Origin: an uncultured virus (IMG/VR IMGVR_UViG_3300020048_000041)
Lineage: Duplodnaviria > Heunggongvirae > Uroviricota > Caudoviricetes
Virus record (IMG/VR): IMGVR_UViG_3300020048_000041
Direction: 5' to 3' (one strand)
DNA length: 63,462 bases
The notes beneath the pieces were generated by a model that had not been told where the DNA came from, searched no databases, and saw nothing but the letters and a program-made list of their open reading frames with translations. A program made the translations under genes and the position numbers. Below, piece after piece: positions 42,209-52,444 of the stretch (positions within the stretch are counted from its first letter, which is position 1; each line of letters begins with the position of its first letter).

Positions 42209-42601
42209 TTAATTATCTTTCACGGCGCGAACATAACAAAAAGCCGTTTTGCCATAGTAATCCTTAATGCCACTATCAAATTCATATTGCCAAGAAGAAC
42301 GATAGTCAAATTCTGTACTAGACCAATAACCTTCTTTTTCAAAATCATTTTCAGATTTATAAATTAAATCTAATTCTTCTATAGTAGGTAAACGCCAGCC
42401 ATCACCTAACAATTCTACATATTCAATTGCATCATACCAAGTTGATGGTTCTTCTGTTGTTTTATTTGCGACTTCAAAGGGTAAAGAGGATTTTGGTTTA
42501 ACGCCTTTTAATGCTTCTATTCTAACAAAAAACTCATCACTCAAAGGCTTAACCGAAGATGATTCCAATAACGTCAAAAATGCTAATTCAGTTTCATTCA
42601 T
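42209..42601 (-). CDS. DUF1566 protein, paralogue 2
   Basis: LPFEVA, GWRLPTIEEL.LIY.SENDFEK..YWSS...YVRAVK. Confidence 0.75.
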   Translation of the reverse strand: MNETELAFLTLLESSSVKPLSDEFFVRIEALKGVKPKSSLPFEVANKTTEEPSTWYDAIEYVELLGDGWRLPTIEELDLIYKSENDFEKEGYWSSTEFDYRSSWQYEFDSGIKDYYGKTAFCYVRAVKDN

Positions 42602-43361
42602 AATATAATTCCTATTCTTGGCAATCTTGAGCGCTACGGGTTGGCCAACCGCGACCACGTTCTTCTTTCATACGAACCATTTGATCAATGACTTCAGGGT
42701 CTTTAAGCAATTTTTCAAATTCAACTTGAGGATCGTACATTTCGCCGGTAACTTTATCTTTAACTAACATATCAAACACTCCAAATAATTTAAGGTTTAA
42801 CTTCATTACGATCTATTATACTATTATTTTATCAAAAGTAAAGCTTTTTATTTACAAAAATCACCTCTTAATTCAGCCAAACGTTCTTCTAGTTGTTTAA
42901 TTTCATATTCTTTATCGTTTTGTTCAGCACGATTATAAAACTCAACATATCTGTTATACAGTTCTCTACATCTGGTATTGTATTCTTCGATAGGCTCTAA
43001 ATCGTAATAGCCTATATCATTGTAAATTTCACCAGTAGATTGGTATGAATCATCATCAGACCATGTTCTCAATATTAGGTCTTTTCCAGTATGCTTTTCT
43101 TGAAATTCAGTTAACCATTCAACTAATCCATCAACCCTAACTTCACTCATATCAACAGAATTAGAACCTACTTCAATGAATTTGGTTGTTCTTGTTTGTT
43201 TATGATGTTTCATATATTGTTCGTAAGTTGCTAACATTTCAATCTCCAAATAATTTAAGGTTTAACTTCATTACGATCTATTATACTTGATTATTTCTAA
43301 AAGTAAAGCTTTATTTTAAATTATTTTTGGCAATAAAAAACCGGCACGAAGCCGGTTTAGT

Positions 43362-43682
43362 TTACAAATCTACTGGGATAAGTTTGAATTTAAACTTTTC
43401 CTTTGAGTAAATTTTAATTCTTTCATCAAAGTGATTCAACGTATGATTGCGATAACTTTTACCCGTAGATAAATTATCAGACAAGTCATAAAGATTACAG
43501 ACAGTTTTTCCTTCGTTTAACCGTAAGCCGCGCCCAATACTTTGTAAGACGCGAATCATAGATTTACTAGGAGAAGCAAATATGATATTATCAATAGAAG
43601 GAATTGATACCCCTGTTGATAAAACCCCGTAAGATGCTACGATAATATCGCCTTTGATGTTTTCAATTTTTGTTGGTTGCAT
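43362..43682 (-). CDS. uvsW: C-terminal fragment of UvsW helicase (SF2 motifs V-VI)
   Basis: IIVASYGVLSTGVSI, SKSMIRVLQSIGRGLR, LYDLSD, H..ERIKIY..EKF match the UvsW C-terminus. Confidence 0.85.
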   Translation of the reverse strand: MQPTKIENIKGDIIVASYGVLSTGVSIPSIDNIIFASPSKSMIRVLQSIGRGLRLNEGKTVCNLYDLSDNLSTGKSYRNHTLNHFDERIKIYSKEKFKFKLIPVDL

Positions 43683-43684
43683 AA

Positions 43685-43723
43685 TAATCTCCGTTGAAGT
43701 ATTACCTTATTTAACGGAGATTA
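43685..43723 (-). promoter_or_regulatory. RBS-sequestering hairpin with internal TAAATA late-promoter-like box
   Basis: 11-bp perfect stem TAATCTCCGTT/AACGGAGATTA covering GGAG, ending 2 nt before the ATG. Confidence 0.75.
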
Positions 43724-43876
43724 AGATTTCTTTTTAGTCAGACATTCTTTCCCTGGTCCAATGGGACACTCATCAGGATCTTCGAGTGTCTCATCACTTT
43801 TCAGTTGAACATCTTCTTGTTTACATTTTTTGGCTTCCGCTAAGGTTAACGCCTTATAATCAAGAAAAGATAACAT
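43721..43876 (-). CDS. 51-aa ORF with CTS-like start (not in ORF track)
   Basis: MLSFLDYKALTLAEAKK...; starts 2 nt after the stop of 43879-44553. Confidence 0.55.
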   Translation of the reverse strand: MLSFLDYKALTLAEAKKCKQEDVQLKSDETLEDPDECPIGPGKECLTKKKS

Positions 43877-43878
43877 AA

Positions 43879-44553
43879 CTATTTTTTAGCCTTAGAATCA
43901 CACGATTCTTCACATTCTTCGTCATCTTCTTCAGCGTCATCTTCCTTTACAGATTTCATATCGCATTTTTCATCTAACTTAGCAAGCAAACTTTCCAAAA
44001 CTTCGTTTTCTTCTTTGGTTAGTTTACCGGCGGCTGTTTTTTTCTTAGCACGAAGCAATTTGAAATCTTCAGCATCAAGTTCGCCGCTACCGTTAGCATC
44101 TAATTTTTTATGATTAGGGTGCGCAAATTTTTCATTTATAACTTTATCATCTATCGCCATAGCTTTTAATTTTTTAGCAATAGATTCTGCCGATTTATTG
44201 TCGTTATGTTTTGTGTAATATTCATAATCGCCAATATCTGCCATTATATGTTTTTGAGTAGAATAATGTTGCTTAATTGCAGAAAGCTCTTCTTTACTCA
44301 ATCCTTCATCAAGGCTTTCTTTAACAGCCTTGATTTGATTTTTGCTTACAGTAATAGCTTGATTATCGCCATGGAAAACTGTATAAGTAGGATCCGTATC
44401 GCCTTTGAATTTTTTACGAATTTCTCCAATATGACCGGTAATTCCTGCACCAGTACCTTTATGGATAGTTACCTTATTTCCAATTTTATGTGCTTCATCT
44501 AGCTGAGTGCACTCAGCTAACACCTTTTCTTTAAATTGAGCAAATGTTAACAT
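43879..44553 (-). CDS. putative internal head / modular polyprotein
   Basis: MLTFAQFKEKVLAE; LDE sites; KOW/SH3-like module and EF-hand-like module (DANGSGELDAED). Confidence 0.6.
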   Translation of the reverse strand: MLTFAQFKEKVLAECTQLDEAHKIGNKVTIHKGTGAGITGHIGEIRKKFKGDTDPTYTVFHGDNQAITVSKNQIKAVKESLDEGLSKEELSAIKQHYSTQKHIMADIGDYEYYTKHNDNKSAESIAKKLKAMAIDDKVINEKFAHPNHKKLDANGSGELDAEDFKLLRAKKKTAAGKLTKEENEVLESLLAKLDEKCDMKSVKEDDAEEDDEECEESCDSKAKK

Positions 44554-44554
44554 C

Positions 44555-45289
44555 TTAATCCTCTAATTTAGCTAATAGGCTTTCTAACACTTCAACTTCT
44601 TCTTTAGTCAATTTTTTATCAAATTTAGAAGGACGGCTTTTTAAGGCTTGGTCTTCTTCCCAATCTTTTTGACTAACATAATGTTTAGATTTTGCTTCAG
44701 GTTTGCCGTTGTATTTGGCATCAAATTTAGAAGGACGGCTTTTTAAGGCTTGGTCTTCTTCCCAATCTTTTTGGCTAACGTGAACTTCATCAAGTTGGTC
44801 TAATGAATATTCTACAACATCATAGCCTTCTTTAACATCGCCTTTGACTTCAGATACTTTGTATTTGATACCGTAGTATGATTTTTCGCCAGGAGATAAT
44901 CCTTTATTCAATCTTTTAGCGTGTTCTTTAGCGTCTTCTTTAGTTTCATGAGTTTTAACATGAACAGGACCACCGCTACCAATAGAACCACCATGTCTAT
45001 GGACTGCAAATGCTTCGGCTAATTTTTCTTCGTCTAATTTAGCTAATAGACTTTCTAACACTTCGTGTTCTTCCTTAGTCAACTTATCGACCGCTTTAGC
45101 GATACCTTTATTACGTTTGTTCATTTTTTTAAATGAACCAGGAATTTGTGCACCAATATCAGCTGCATGGTCTTGAGAATCATGTGCTGCATTCTTAATA
45201 TAAGAACCTAAAGTTTTTTTAGATAATTCGTCTAATTGCTCTACTGATTCGGCTAATACCGCTTCCTTGAATTCATTGTAAGATAGCAT
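44555..45289 (-). CDS. putative internal head / modular polyprotein
   Basis: MLSYNEFKEAVLAESVEQLDE; repeated LTKEE.EVLESLLAKL linkers. Confidence 0.6.
   Translation of the reverse strand: MLSYNEFKEAVLAESVEQLDELSKKTLGSYIKNAAHDSQDHAADIGAQIPGSFKKMNKRNKGIAKAVDKLTKEEHEVLESLLAKLDEEKLAEAFAVHRHGGSIGSGGPVHVKTHETKEDAKEHAKRLNKGLSPGEKSYYGIKYKVSEVKGDVKEGYDVVEYSLDQLDEVHVSQKDWEEDQALKSRPSKFDAKYNGKPEAKSKHYVSQKDWEEDQALKSRPSKFDKKLTKEEVEVLESLLAKLED
44618..44779. repeat. 60-bp direct repeat (44618-44677 and 44720-44779)
   Basis: one mismatch; encodes VSQKDWEEDQALKSRPSKFD twice. Confidence 0.9.
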
Positions 45290-45758
45290 CTTTTTTTCCT
45301 TTCTTTTGTTTGATAATTTGTGGTTTAACGTATCCCTCAGGGAAATGCGGCATAGGGAAAAACCCTGCTTCAACAATTTTCTCAAGAGTGATGTTTGGAT
45401 AATCAGTTTCAAGAATCTGATCTTTTACTAGCACTAAAACCCGCGCTTCGTCTTTATGCATATTCTCAAGAGTCTGAATAAACAAAATCTCTCTACGTGC
45501 ACTTTTAACGGCGGGATTACAAAATTTTTCTAATCTTTTAGCTTCATAAGTTAGATTTGTTGGAGTAGTGCCAATTGGTGATACATTCTCTTTATAAGGA
45601 CATTCCCCTCGTGGCAATAAAAATAATGCTTTTGGAATATACCCATAGCCAAAAATAAATTTTAAGGCGTTATTATCTAAGTGTTGCTTCAAAGCTGCTA
45701 CAGTATCTTTAGCAGAATTAATCTCTTTTAAAATCTCTGGAATAGTTTGTTGGCTCAT
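45273..45758 (-). CDS. conserved T4-like protein (DUF6433-like) next to rnh
   Basis: IPEIL..IN, LPRGECPYK, RREILFIQ.LE.MH.DEA. Confidence 0.65.
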   Translation of the reverse strand: MSQQTIPEILKEINSAKDTVAALKQHLDNNALKFIFGYGYIPKALFLLPRGECPYKENVSPIGTTPTNLTYEAKRLEKFCNPAVKSARREILFIQTLENMHKDEARVLVLVKDQILETDYPNITLEKIVEAGFFPMPHFPEGYVKPQIIKQKKGKKDAILQ

Positions 45759-45794
45759 TTGAATCTCATATAGTTTAACATCAATATTATTTAG

Positions 45795-46694
45795 TTATTT
45801 AAAGTTCTCAACTTCATCAAGAAGCAAACGACAATTATTTTTCATAAAATACTCCATAATTGCGTTTAAATCGCACTTAGGCGTTAACCGGTTAAACTCA
45901 CTCATAATCTTAGTTTCTACCCATTCTGGAATTTTATCAAGGTTAACTAACAGTTCGTTTCGTTGCCAGTTTCTACGCTCTTCATCATTACGACAAGCTT
46001 CATACCCTAGTTCTAAAAACTCATCTAATCTTTTTCTTGATACGGGCGTTTGTCTAATACTGTTAACAAAACAGTCATCACGGCTAAAGATATTTGGAAC
46101 ACCATCTCCTCCATCCCCACGTACCGTATGCTCTAATAGTTTATCCTTAACTTCTTTTTGAGTGGCAACTATAGCCTTTTTTGTCATATAACTCCACTGA
46201 GAAACATTTTTGTATTTTTGGAGCTGGATAAAATCGTTATCCGCTGAAATAATCATAAAAGGCTTTGGGTCAGCATCAAAAAATGAATCACCGATATCGT
46301 TAGTTTGACTCCACTTAGCTAAGACTGAGATGATATCATCCGCTTCAGCTTCTTGAATTTCGATGACTCTGAAAGGAAATGTTTCTGATAACTCTTTTTT
46401 GACAGTTTCCAAAGCCGAAAACAAACTCGTCCAGTTAATATCAGAATTTTCCCTACTTTTTTTCCTGTTAGCTTTATAGTGCTCAAAAACGTCCTTTCTC
46501 CAGTATTTTCTTCCATCGCACGCAATTACAACTTCTCCATATTTTTTACCGTATTTTTTCTTGTAGGATAGTATCGTCGACAAAATAGTATGCCGCGCTA
46601 AATCCGTAATTTTTTCATCACTCGAATTCTGCAAATCAGATTTAAATGCTAAGATATTTGAAATCGCACAACCCGAAAAATCTATAATAATCAT
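45795..46694 (-). CDS. rnh: T4-type RNase H (5'-3' exonuclease)
   Basis: IIIDFS, IACDG..YWRK, YKANR, EADDII, SADNDFIQL, GDGGDGVPN. Confidence 0.95.
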   Translation of the reverse strand: MIIIDFSGCAISNILAFKSDLQNSSDEKITDLARHTILSTILSYKKKYGKKYGEVVIACDGRKYWRKDVFEHYKANRKKSRENSDINWTSLFSALETVKKELSETFPFRVIEIQEAEADDIISVLAKWSQTNDIGDSFFDADPKPFMIISADNDFIQLQKYKNVSQWSYMTKKAIVATQKEVKDKLLEHTVRGDGGDGVPNIFSRDDCFVNSIRQTPVSRKRLDEFLELGYEACRNDEERRNWQRNELLVNLDKIPEWVETKIMSEFNRLTPKCDLNAIMEYFMKNNCRLLLDEVENFK

Positions 46695-46853
46695 TTTTAA
46701 TCCTATAATTTAACTTCAACATTTTATTATACTATCATACAAGAAAAAGTAAAGTTTTATTTTTACTAAATATTTTGTACAAAAAAAGCCACTCGCGGGA
46801 CGGCAATCCCCAGTAGCACTAATCATTCTCAAGACAATTTAAGGTAAACTATC

Positions 46854-47516
46854 ATGACCAGCACAATTATTTATACCGCAATAGATCCCACCTACCTCTA
46901 CATCAAACAGCATTCCATAACCGGCTTAAAGTATTTCGGTAAGACTACCGGAAACCCATACAAGTACAATGGTTCAGGTAAACGCTGGAAATCTCATATC
47001 AAAGTTCATGGCAAAAAACATATTAAGACCATTTGGGTTTCAGAAGTCTACACAGACACATCTATCACTGAGTTTGCCTTAAAGTTTTCTATAGAAAACG
47101 ATATTGTCAATTCTAAAGAATGGGCTAACCTAATTATGGAAAACGGGTTAGATGGGTGTCCTTTTGGTGAGAAACATACAGAAGAAACTAAAGCCAAACA
47201 ATCTGCTAGTAAAAAAGGTAAAAAACGTGGTCCTCATACAGAAGAAACTAAAGCCAAACAATCTGCTAGTGCAAAAGGTAAAAAACGTTCAGAAGAATCT
47301 AAGGCTAAACAATCTGTTACTATGACAGGCGTTCATCAATCAGAAGAAACTAAAGCCAAACGTTCTACTACTTTGACTGGTATTCCGCGTTCAGAAGAAA
47401 CAAAAACAAAACTAAGAGTTCCTAAGCCAGAGTTTTTCTCAATAATAAAAACTAGAAAAACTTATAATATACAAGGACTTTCCAGATATTATCCTGAATT
47501 TAAACAACATTTTTAG
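46854..47516 (+). CDS. GIY-YIG homing endonuclease with NUMOD3 repeats (copy B)
   Basis: near-identical N-terminus to copy A; shared C-terminal LSRYYPEFKQ. Confidence 0.85.
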   Translation: MTSTIIYTAIDPTYLYIKQHSITGLKYFGKTTGNPYKYNGSGKRWKSHIKVHGKKHIKTIWVSEVYTDTSITEFALKFSIENDIVNSKEWANLIMENGLDGCPFGEKHTEETKAKQSASKKGKKRGPHTEETKAKQSASAKGKKRSEESKAKQSVTMTGVHQSEETKAKRSTTLTGIPRSEETKTKLRVPKPEFFSIIKTRKTYNIQGLSRYYPEFKQHF

Positions 47517-48250
47517 ATAATTGAAACCAGGAATCATAAAATTTTTGGTTTCAATTTGTTATTACTCATTAAAATCATTAAAATCGTTAAAAGAACCACT
47601 TAACATGTTAATTCGAAACTCCTCTATCATCCAAAGTGCTGACTTAGCATCAACCCCGTTAGACGATATCAACATTTGCCCGCCCTTAGTATAAACTATA
47701 GATAAAACGTGCTCAATATCATCAGACATTTCGTTCATGTATTCAAAATAATCTTCAAGCATTTCTTTATTAGTTTCTTCTAATTTTTCTTCAGAAGATT
47801 TTGTTCTGCCTTTCAATACAATTAAGTCACTCATTATAAATTCCTTAGGATAAAGTGTTTGGGTCAATGTTTAACATAGCTTTAGCTCTAGCAATAGCAC
47901 CGGCTTCAGTTAAGTACATAAGTCCTAATTTAAGTAACATAGGCGCTCCTGAAAAATCAGAATAACAACATGAGTAAAAATCTTCTTCACTAAAGCATGG
48001 GTAATAATACACGGTGTTGACGTCATCAGATATCTCGCGCAAACCGTCAGCAACCTTAAATCCATTCACATCTATAACCTGAGATGCTATTCTATAGGGT
48101 TGATTAGATATTTCAAATGATGGCATAAAACTACATTTAATCCAAGTCTCCTCAGTAATATCATAATATTCTAGGATATCCCAAGGCGTTTGACTAACCT
48201 CTGCTCTTTTTGCTATTGCTTTAATAAATTCAAAATATGGTGATTTCATT

Positions 48251-49168
48251 CTATACTCCAAAGCTTGCTAATGACGCGGTAGATTTGACTTTAACTGTAC
48301 GCGATTTTCTAGTTTTAACAGGAGCAGTCACAACAGGCTTAACCTTTGGTGTTCTAGGTTTTCTAGTTTTAGGCGCTTCAACCGGTGCAGGCGCTTTAGC
48401 ACCTTTTGCTACCTTAACTGGTGCGACTTTAGGCTTAACCGTTCTGGTTTTTCTAGGTTTAGGTGCACTCATCACAGCACATGAATTAATCATTTTATCA
48501 AGCAGATTTGAGTAAGATTTTAATTTGGTTTTACCAACTTTAGAATAGGATTCATTAAGTTGTTCACATTTACCGGCTAATGCTTCTTTAATTTCAACAC
48601 CCAATTTTTGTAGATAAATAGATATCCCTTTAATGACCGCAGGAGATTTTCCTACCAAATTATATTTAAACTGGTATCCAGTTGGGTATCCGTTTTTGAT
48701 AAACTCATCTAACTCATCCTCGAATATAGAAATCTCAGAAACAATTTTGGCTCTGATATTTTCTTGAACATTTTGAGTAACACCAACGGCGGCGTGAACT
48801 TCTACCTTTTCAAGAGGAACATATTTCAATAGTTCTTCAGATTTAGATTTAATGTAGTTTAATTCTTTATCTTCTAGAATAGAACCATTAGATAAAATTC
48901 TAGCCAACGCGCCTAACGTATGGAATTCGTAATCTGGAATATCATCCAATTTAGATTTTAATGATTTGTCATTTTTACAAATGTAGTCAACTGCCCATTT
49001 TTTACACTCTTTATTAGAGTGATATGCGTTATAGAAATTCAAAGCTTGAATCAAGGTCATTTTATAGTTGAGAATATTAATCTGTGGTTCACCAACGCCT
49101 TTTACAGACTTGATAATTTTTTCAACAAGTTCTTTGTTTTTTTCTGTTTTAGATTTTTTAATAGCCAT
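48251..49168 (-). CDS. conserved T4-like hypothetical protein with Lys/Pro-rich tail
   Basis: ALNFYN...K.WA.DY; repeated KTRK(P/S)RT units. Confidence 0.6.
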   Translation of the reverse strand: MAIKKSKTEKNKELVEKIIKSVKGVGEPQINILNYKMTLIQALNFYNAYHSNKECKKWAVDYICKNDKSLKSKLDDIPDYEFHTLGALARILSNGSILEDKELNYIKSKSEELLKYVPLEKVEVHAAVGVTQNVQENIRAKIVSEISIFEDELDEFIKNGYPTGYQFKYNLVGKSPAVIKGISIYLQKLGVEIKEALAGKCEQLNESYSKVGKTKLKSYSNLLDKMINSCAVMSAPKPRKTRTVKPKVAPVKVAKGAKAPAPVEAPKTRKPRTPKVKPVVTAPVKTRKSRTVKVKSTASLASFGV

Positions 49169-49247
49169 AATATTTACACCGAAGTTATATTAACGAAAGC
49201 CAATTATATATGAATTGCAAATAAAAGTAAAGCTTTATTTTAGGCGC

Positions 49248-49273
49248 AAAAAAGCCGGCTCAAAGCCGGCTTT
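49248..49273 (-). terminator. Rho-independent terminator (GCCGGC family)
   Basis: AAGCCGGC-loop-GCCGGCTTTTTT; relatives at about 34824, 36590, 39194, 43335, 61415. Confidence 0.8.
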
Positions 49274-49279
49274 AAGAGA

Positions 49280-50278
49280 TTAATAAGATAACGCATTTAA
49301 ATGGTTAGTCGCATCATGTAAATTCATTGATTTTAGTTTTAATAATTCATCAATGGTAGCAGCAGATTCATCAAATGAATGCATTTTAGATTGACCAGTA
49401 AATCTGTATTTTCCATTTTGGACTCCTACTTGAGCTGTCCAGAATCCTTTACCTAACATAGTGGTTCTGTAAAATAATAGCATTCCATCAGATAAATCAA
49501 TCTTATAAGAATCATCATTCCATCTTAAACCCCCTAACTCTTTCTGTATAGCTAGAGCGAAACTCGCTTTAGTCATTTTCGCAGGTTTAGTTGGAGTAGC
49601 AGACATTTTCTTCAATTTAGCTAAAGGGAATGACATTTTAGGGTCAAATACCACAGAATGATCAATGGTACTAGAATAATCATTTTGTGCCATTTTCTGT
49701 TTTTTCTTATTGGCATATCCATAAGCAGTAATTGAGATTGGATAAGAAATATTCTCATTAAAACTCAAGGACATTGAATTCTTACTGTTAACGACATTGG
49801 CAAGGTAAACTGAAATAAAAAAATCAAAAGCAATTGTTTTATCGGCATTAGCGAATTCTGTTTTAACATTAACATATGATGGAGAAGATGTTTCCGAAAT
49901 CTCGCCCCAAACTGTCGTTTCTTTGAAATCTTGTTTAAATGCTGAATTGAAATACTTTACAAATTCTTCTGGTTTGTATTTTGATTTGATTTCAAGTTGA
50001 ACTGTTTTGGCTATATCTCTCCACCAAGCGGAACGTTCCTCATAAGATTGTTTAGACAAACTTGCCTTTCCAGTTGAATCTTTTAATTTTTCATAAGCAA
50101 CATTAATGCTTTTCATTGTTTCTGTGTCGCCGCCTTTATCTGGATGATTTTTGCTTGAGGCAACTTTATAGGCTTTCTTTATGTCTTCTGGGGTATAAGA
50201 TCCAGATAAATCTAAGATTTTCATTGCCTCATCATTAGTCATTTTAGATTCAGCGATAAATTGTTTGTAAGATTTCAT
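49280..50278 (-). CDS. J-domain (DnaJ-like) protein with CTS-like N-terminus
   Basis: MKSYKQFIAES; ILDL...EDIKKAYK.....HPDKGG...MK.IN.AYEKL. Confidence 0.85.
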   Translation of the reverse strand: MKSYKQFIAESKMTNDEAMKILDLSGSYTPEDIKKAYKVASSKNHPDKGGDTETMKSINVAYEKLKDSTGKASLSKQSYEERSAWWRDIAKTVQLEIKSKYKPEEFVKYFNSAFKQDFKETTVWGEISETSSPSYVNVKTEFANADKTIAFDFFISVYLANVVNSKNSMSLSFNENISYPISITAYGYANKKKQKMAQNDYSSTIDHSVVFDPKMSFPLAKLKKMSATPTKPAKMTKASFALAIQKELGGLRWNDDSYKIDLSDGMLLFYRTTMLGKGFWTAQVGVQNGKYRFTGQSKMHSFDESAATIDELLKLKSMNLHDATNHLNALSY

Positions 50279-50919
50279 GTAGCCTTCTTTATGTAAAATT
50301 AAATATTTAAAAACATTATACCTTAATATTTAGAGAAATAAGAGCCGGCTAATGCATCAAATATGCGTATAATTGTGCCTACTGTATGAGGCAATATAAT
50401 TCACATTGTTTATCCAAAATGGATCGGTATTTTGAATGTCTACTGCTAACCTGTTAGCTATAGCGGCTGTTTGCATCACCTTATGAATGTCAAACTTTAT
50501 TTCAGCATCTTTTATTAAATCATATTTCATATGAATACTTTGTAAATTATCAGATTCAAGATGCCTTAATGAATTTATTGTTGCGTTAATTAGAGTTGGG
50601 TTGGACACTGGAGATATATGCATATTTTCCCTTTGGTGTATATACCGATTTGTAAAATGTGATAAAATCTAATATAAACATAAAAATAATCATGCTTATT
50701 AGCAAAAACGATTTAAGTCGTGACATCATGTTTTTCTAACTGATAACACAGTTTTTCCTCTTGAGTTTGTGTATAAATACCGCCTAAATTTTTACATGTT
50801 TCTTCAAAATGTTCATAATCATAGTATAATGTCCCTAACACAATACTTACATACAACAAAATAGCGATACTAATCATCCAAATAATTTGTAATTTAGTAG
50901 TATTACTGAATTTCATAAT

Positions 50920-51147
50920 TTAATTTCCTCTAGCAGCAATCATAGCATCGGCAAGATCGTAACATAATCTGGCAATATAGTCGTGATTTTGATTTAAGTT
51001 TGTGTATCTATTCGTAATAGTTGGAAGCACTTGCGCCGCAAAATAATCTCGTAAGGTCATTCCATACTGTTCTGTTTGTAAGTATCCCATGCTATCACTT
51101 CTTAGATTAGGAAATGCTGAACCGCCATCACTTTTACCGTATTTCAT
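50920..51147 (-). CDS. small phage protein (GG.AFP...GMTLRDYFAA family)
   Basis: characteristic motif. Confidence 0.7.
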   Translation of the reverse strand: MKYGKSDGGSAFPNLRSDSMGYLQTEQYGMTLRDYFAAQVLPTITNRYTNLNQNHDYIARLCYDLADAMIAARGN

Positions 51148-51951
51148 AATTATTTAAACCTATTATTATTTCAGGAACGTTTCATTAACGTTTGTTCTGG
51201 TTTTAATATACTTGTATATTGTTGAAATCGGTCACTTATAAAATGACCATCAGTATCCCATATGCCGTAAACATAAGCCGGTTCTTCTTCAAAGTAATAC
51301 AAAGTATAAATATCATCAACTAAGTCAGATTCTAATTCTAACGCCAGATATTTGAATTTTGGGTCAATCCCTTCCCATAAAGTTTCATTACTAAGCACAT
51401 CAAAATTAACAAGCGCCGGCGTGAAGTTTTTATTCACTACTTCATAAAATAGATTATTCAATTTAGAATATGATATAATCCCTGTCAGTCTATCAATTAA
51501 TTCATTCGTTTCATCTTTAGTCATTTTCTATTAATCCCAAAGTTATTTCTCGCCCAATAATTGCCTTTTCAATTTTTAGTTGGAGAATACGCTCACGCGA
51601 TCGTTCAACCTCATTTTCTTTCCATTTAAGCCGCGCAATTTCTGTGGCTAACTGCTCACAAATACCATCAAATTTTTCTCTAATATTATCCATATTTGAA
51701 TACCCTGTTAGCCGGTTTATGTTTTATCAATCTATTAAGGACAGATTCATCAACTTTCATATCTTCGTTCATAAAGTCAAATAATCTAACTTTGAATTCC
51801 CGTAAGGTAATACCGCCGATAAATTCCTCAAAATATAACTCACATAATTCTGCCAAATTTATCGTTGGGTCATTTTCGTCAACGTCCTTTAAAAAATAAA
51901 GTTTCTTTCTAAGCTCAATTATAGTTAGCATTAAATCTCCTTTTAATAAGG

Positions 51952-52012
51952 CGCTTAACCTCAATTCACGCCCGACTAGGCTATTATATTCTTATTGGTC
52001 TATAAAGTAAAG
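51952..52012 (-). promoter_or_regulatory. class-2 early promoter plus leader (copy 4)
   Basis: identical 34-bp core. Confidence 0.8.
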
Positions 52013-52444
52013 TCTTTTCTTATGTAAATAAAAACCCCAGAGGATTAGTCTGGGGTTTGGTTAACCTATTAAGCCGTTAAAAAACGTCTAATTCACTAGG
52101 AGCGATAACTCCTGAATCTAAAACTTCACAGGTTTCTAAATCATAAACTTCAACGTAAGAATCGTCAAGCACTACGGTTAACTCGTCAGTGTAAGCAATC
52201 ATTGGAGTTTCTGATTCACACCCAAGATACCCAAATTTTTCTGTTTCGCTCATTTTTTCAAATTTTAAAGCTAATAGAAACTCTGTGGTAATGCCGTTTT
52301 CTTTAATATAAGATTTTGATAATATAGACATAATATACGCTCCAGGAAAAAAAATAATTTAACTACGGTTTAACTTCATTAATATCTATTATACGCCCTT
52401 TTTTCGAAAAGTAAAGCTTTTTTTATCTTTTTTTAAAAATAATT

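Noticed and set aside
34393..42601. Complete diversity-generating retroelement
   Set aside because: No RT, Avd or template repeat seen; paralogue differences cannot be shown to be adenine-specific.
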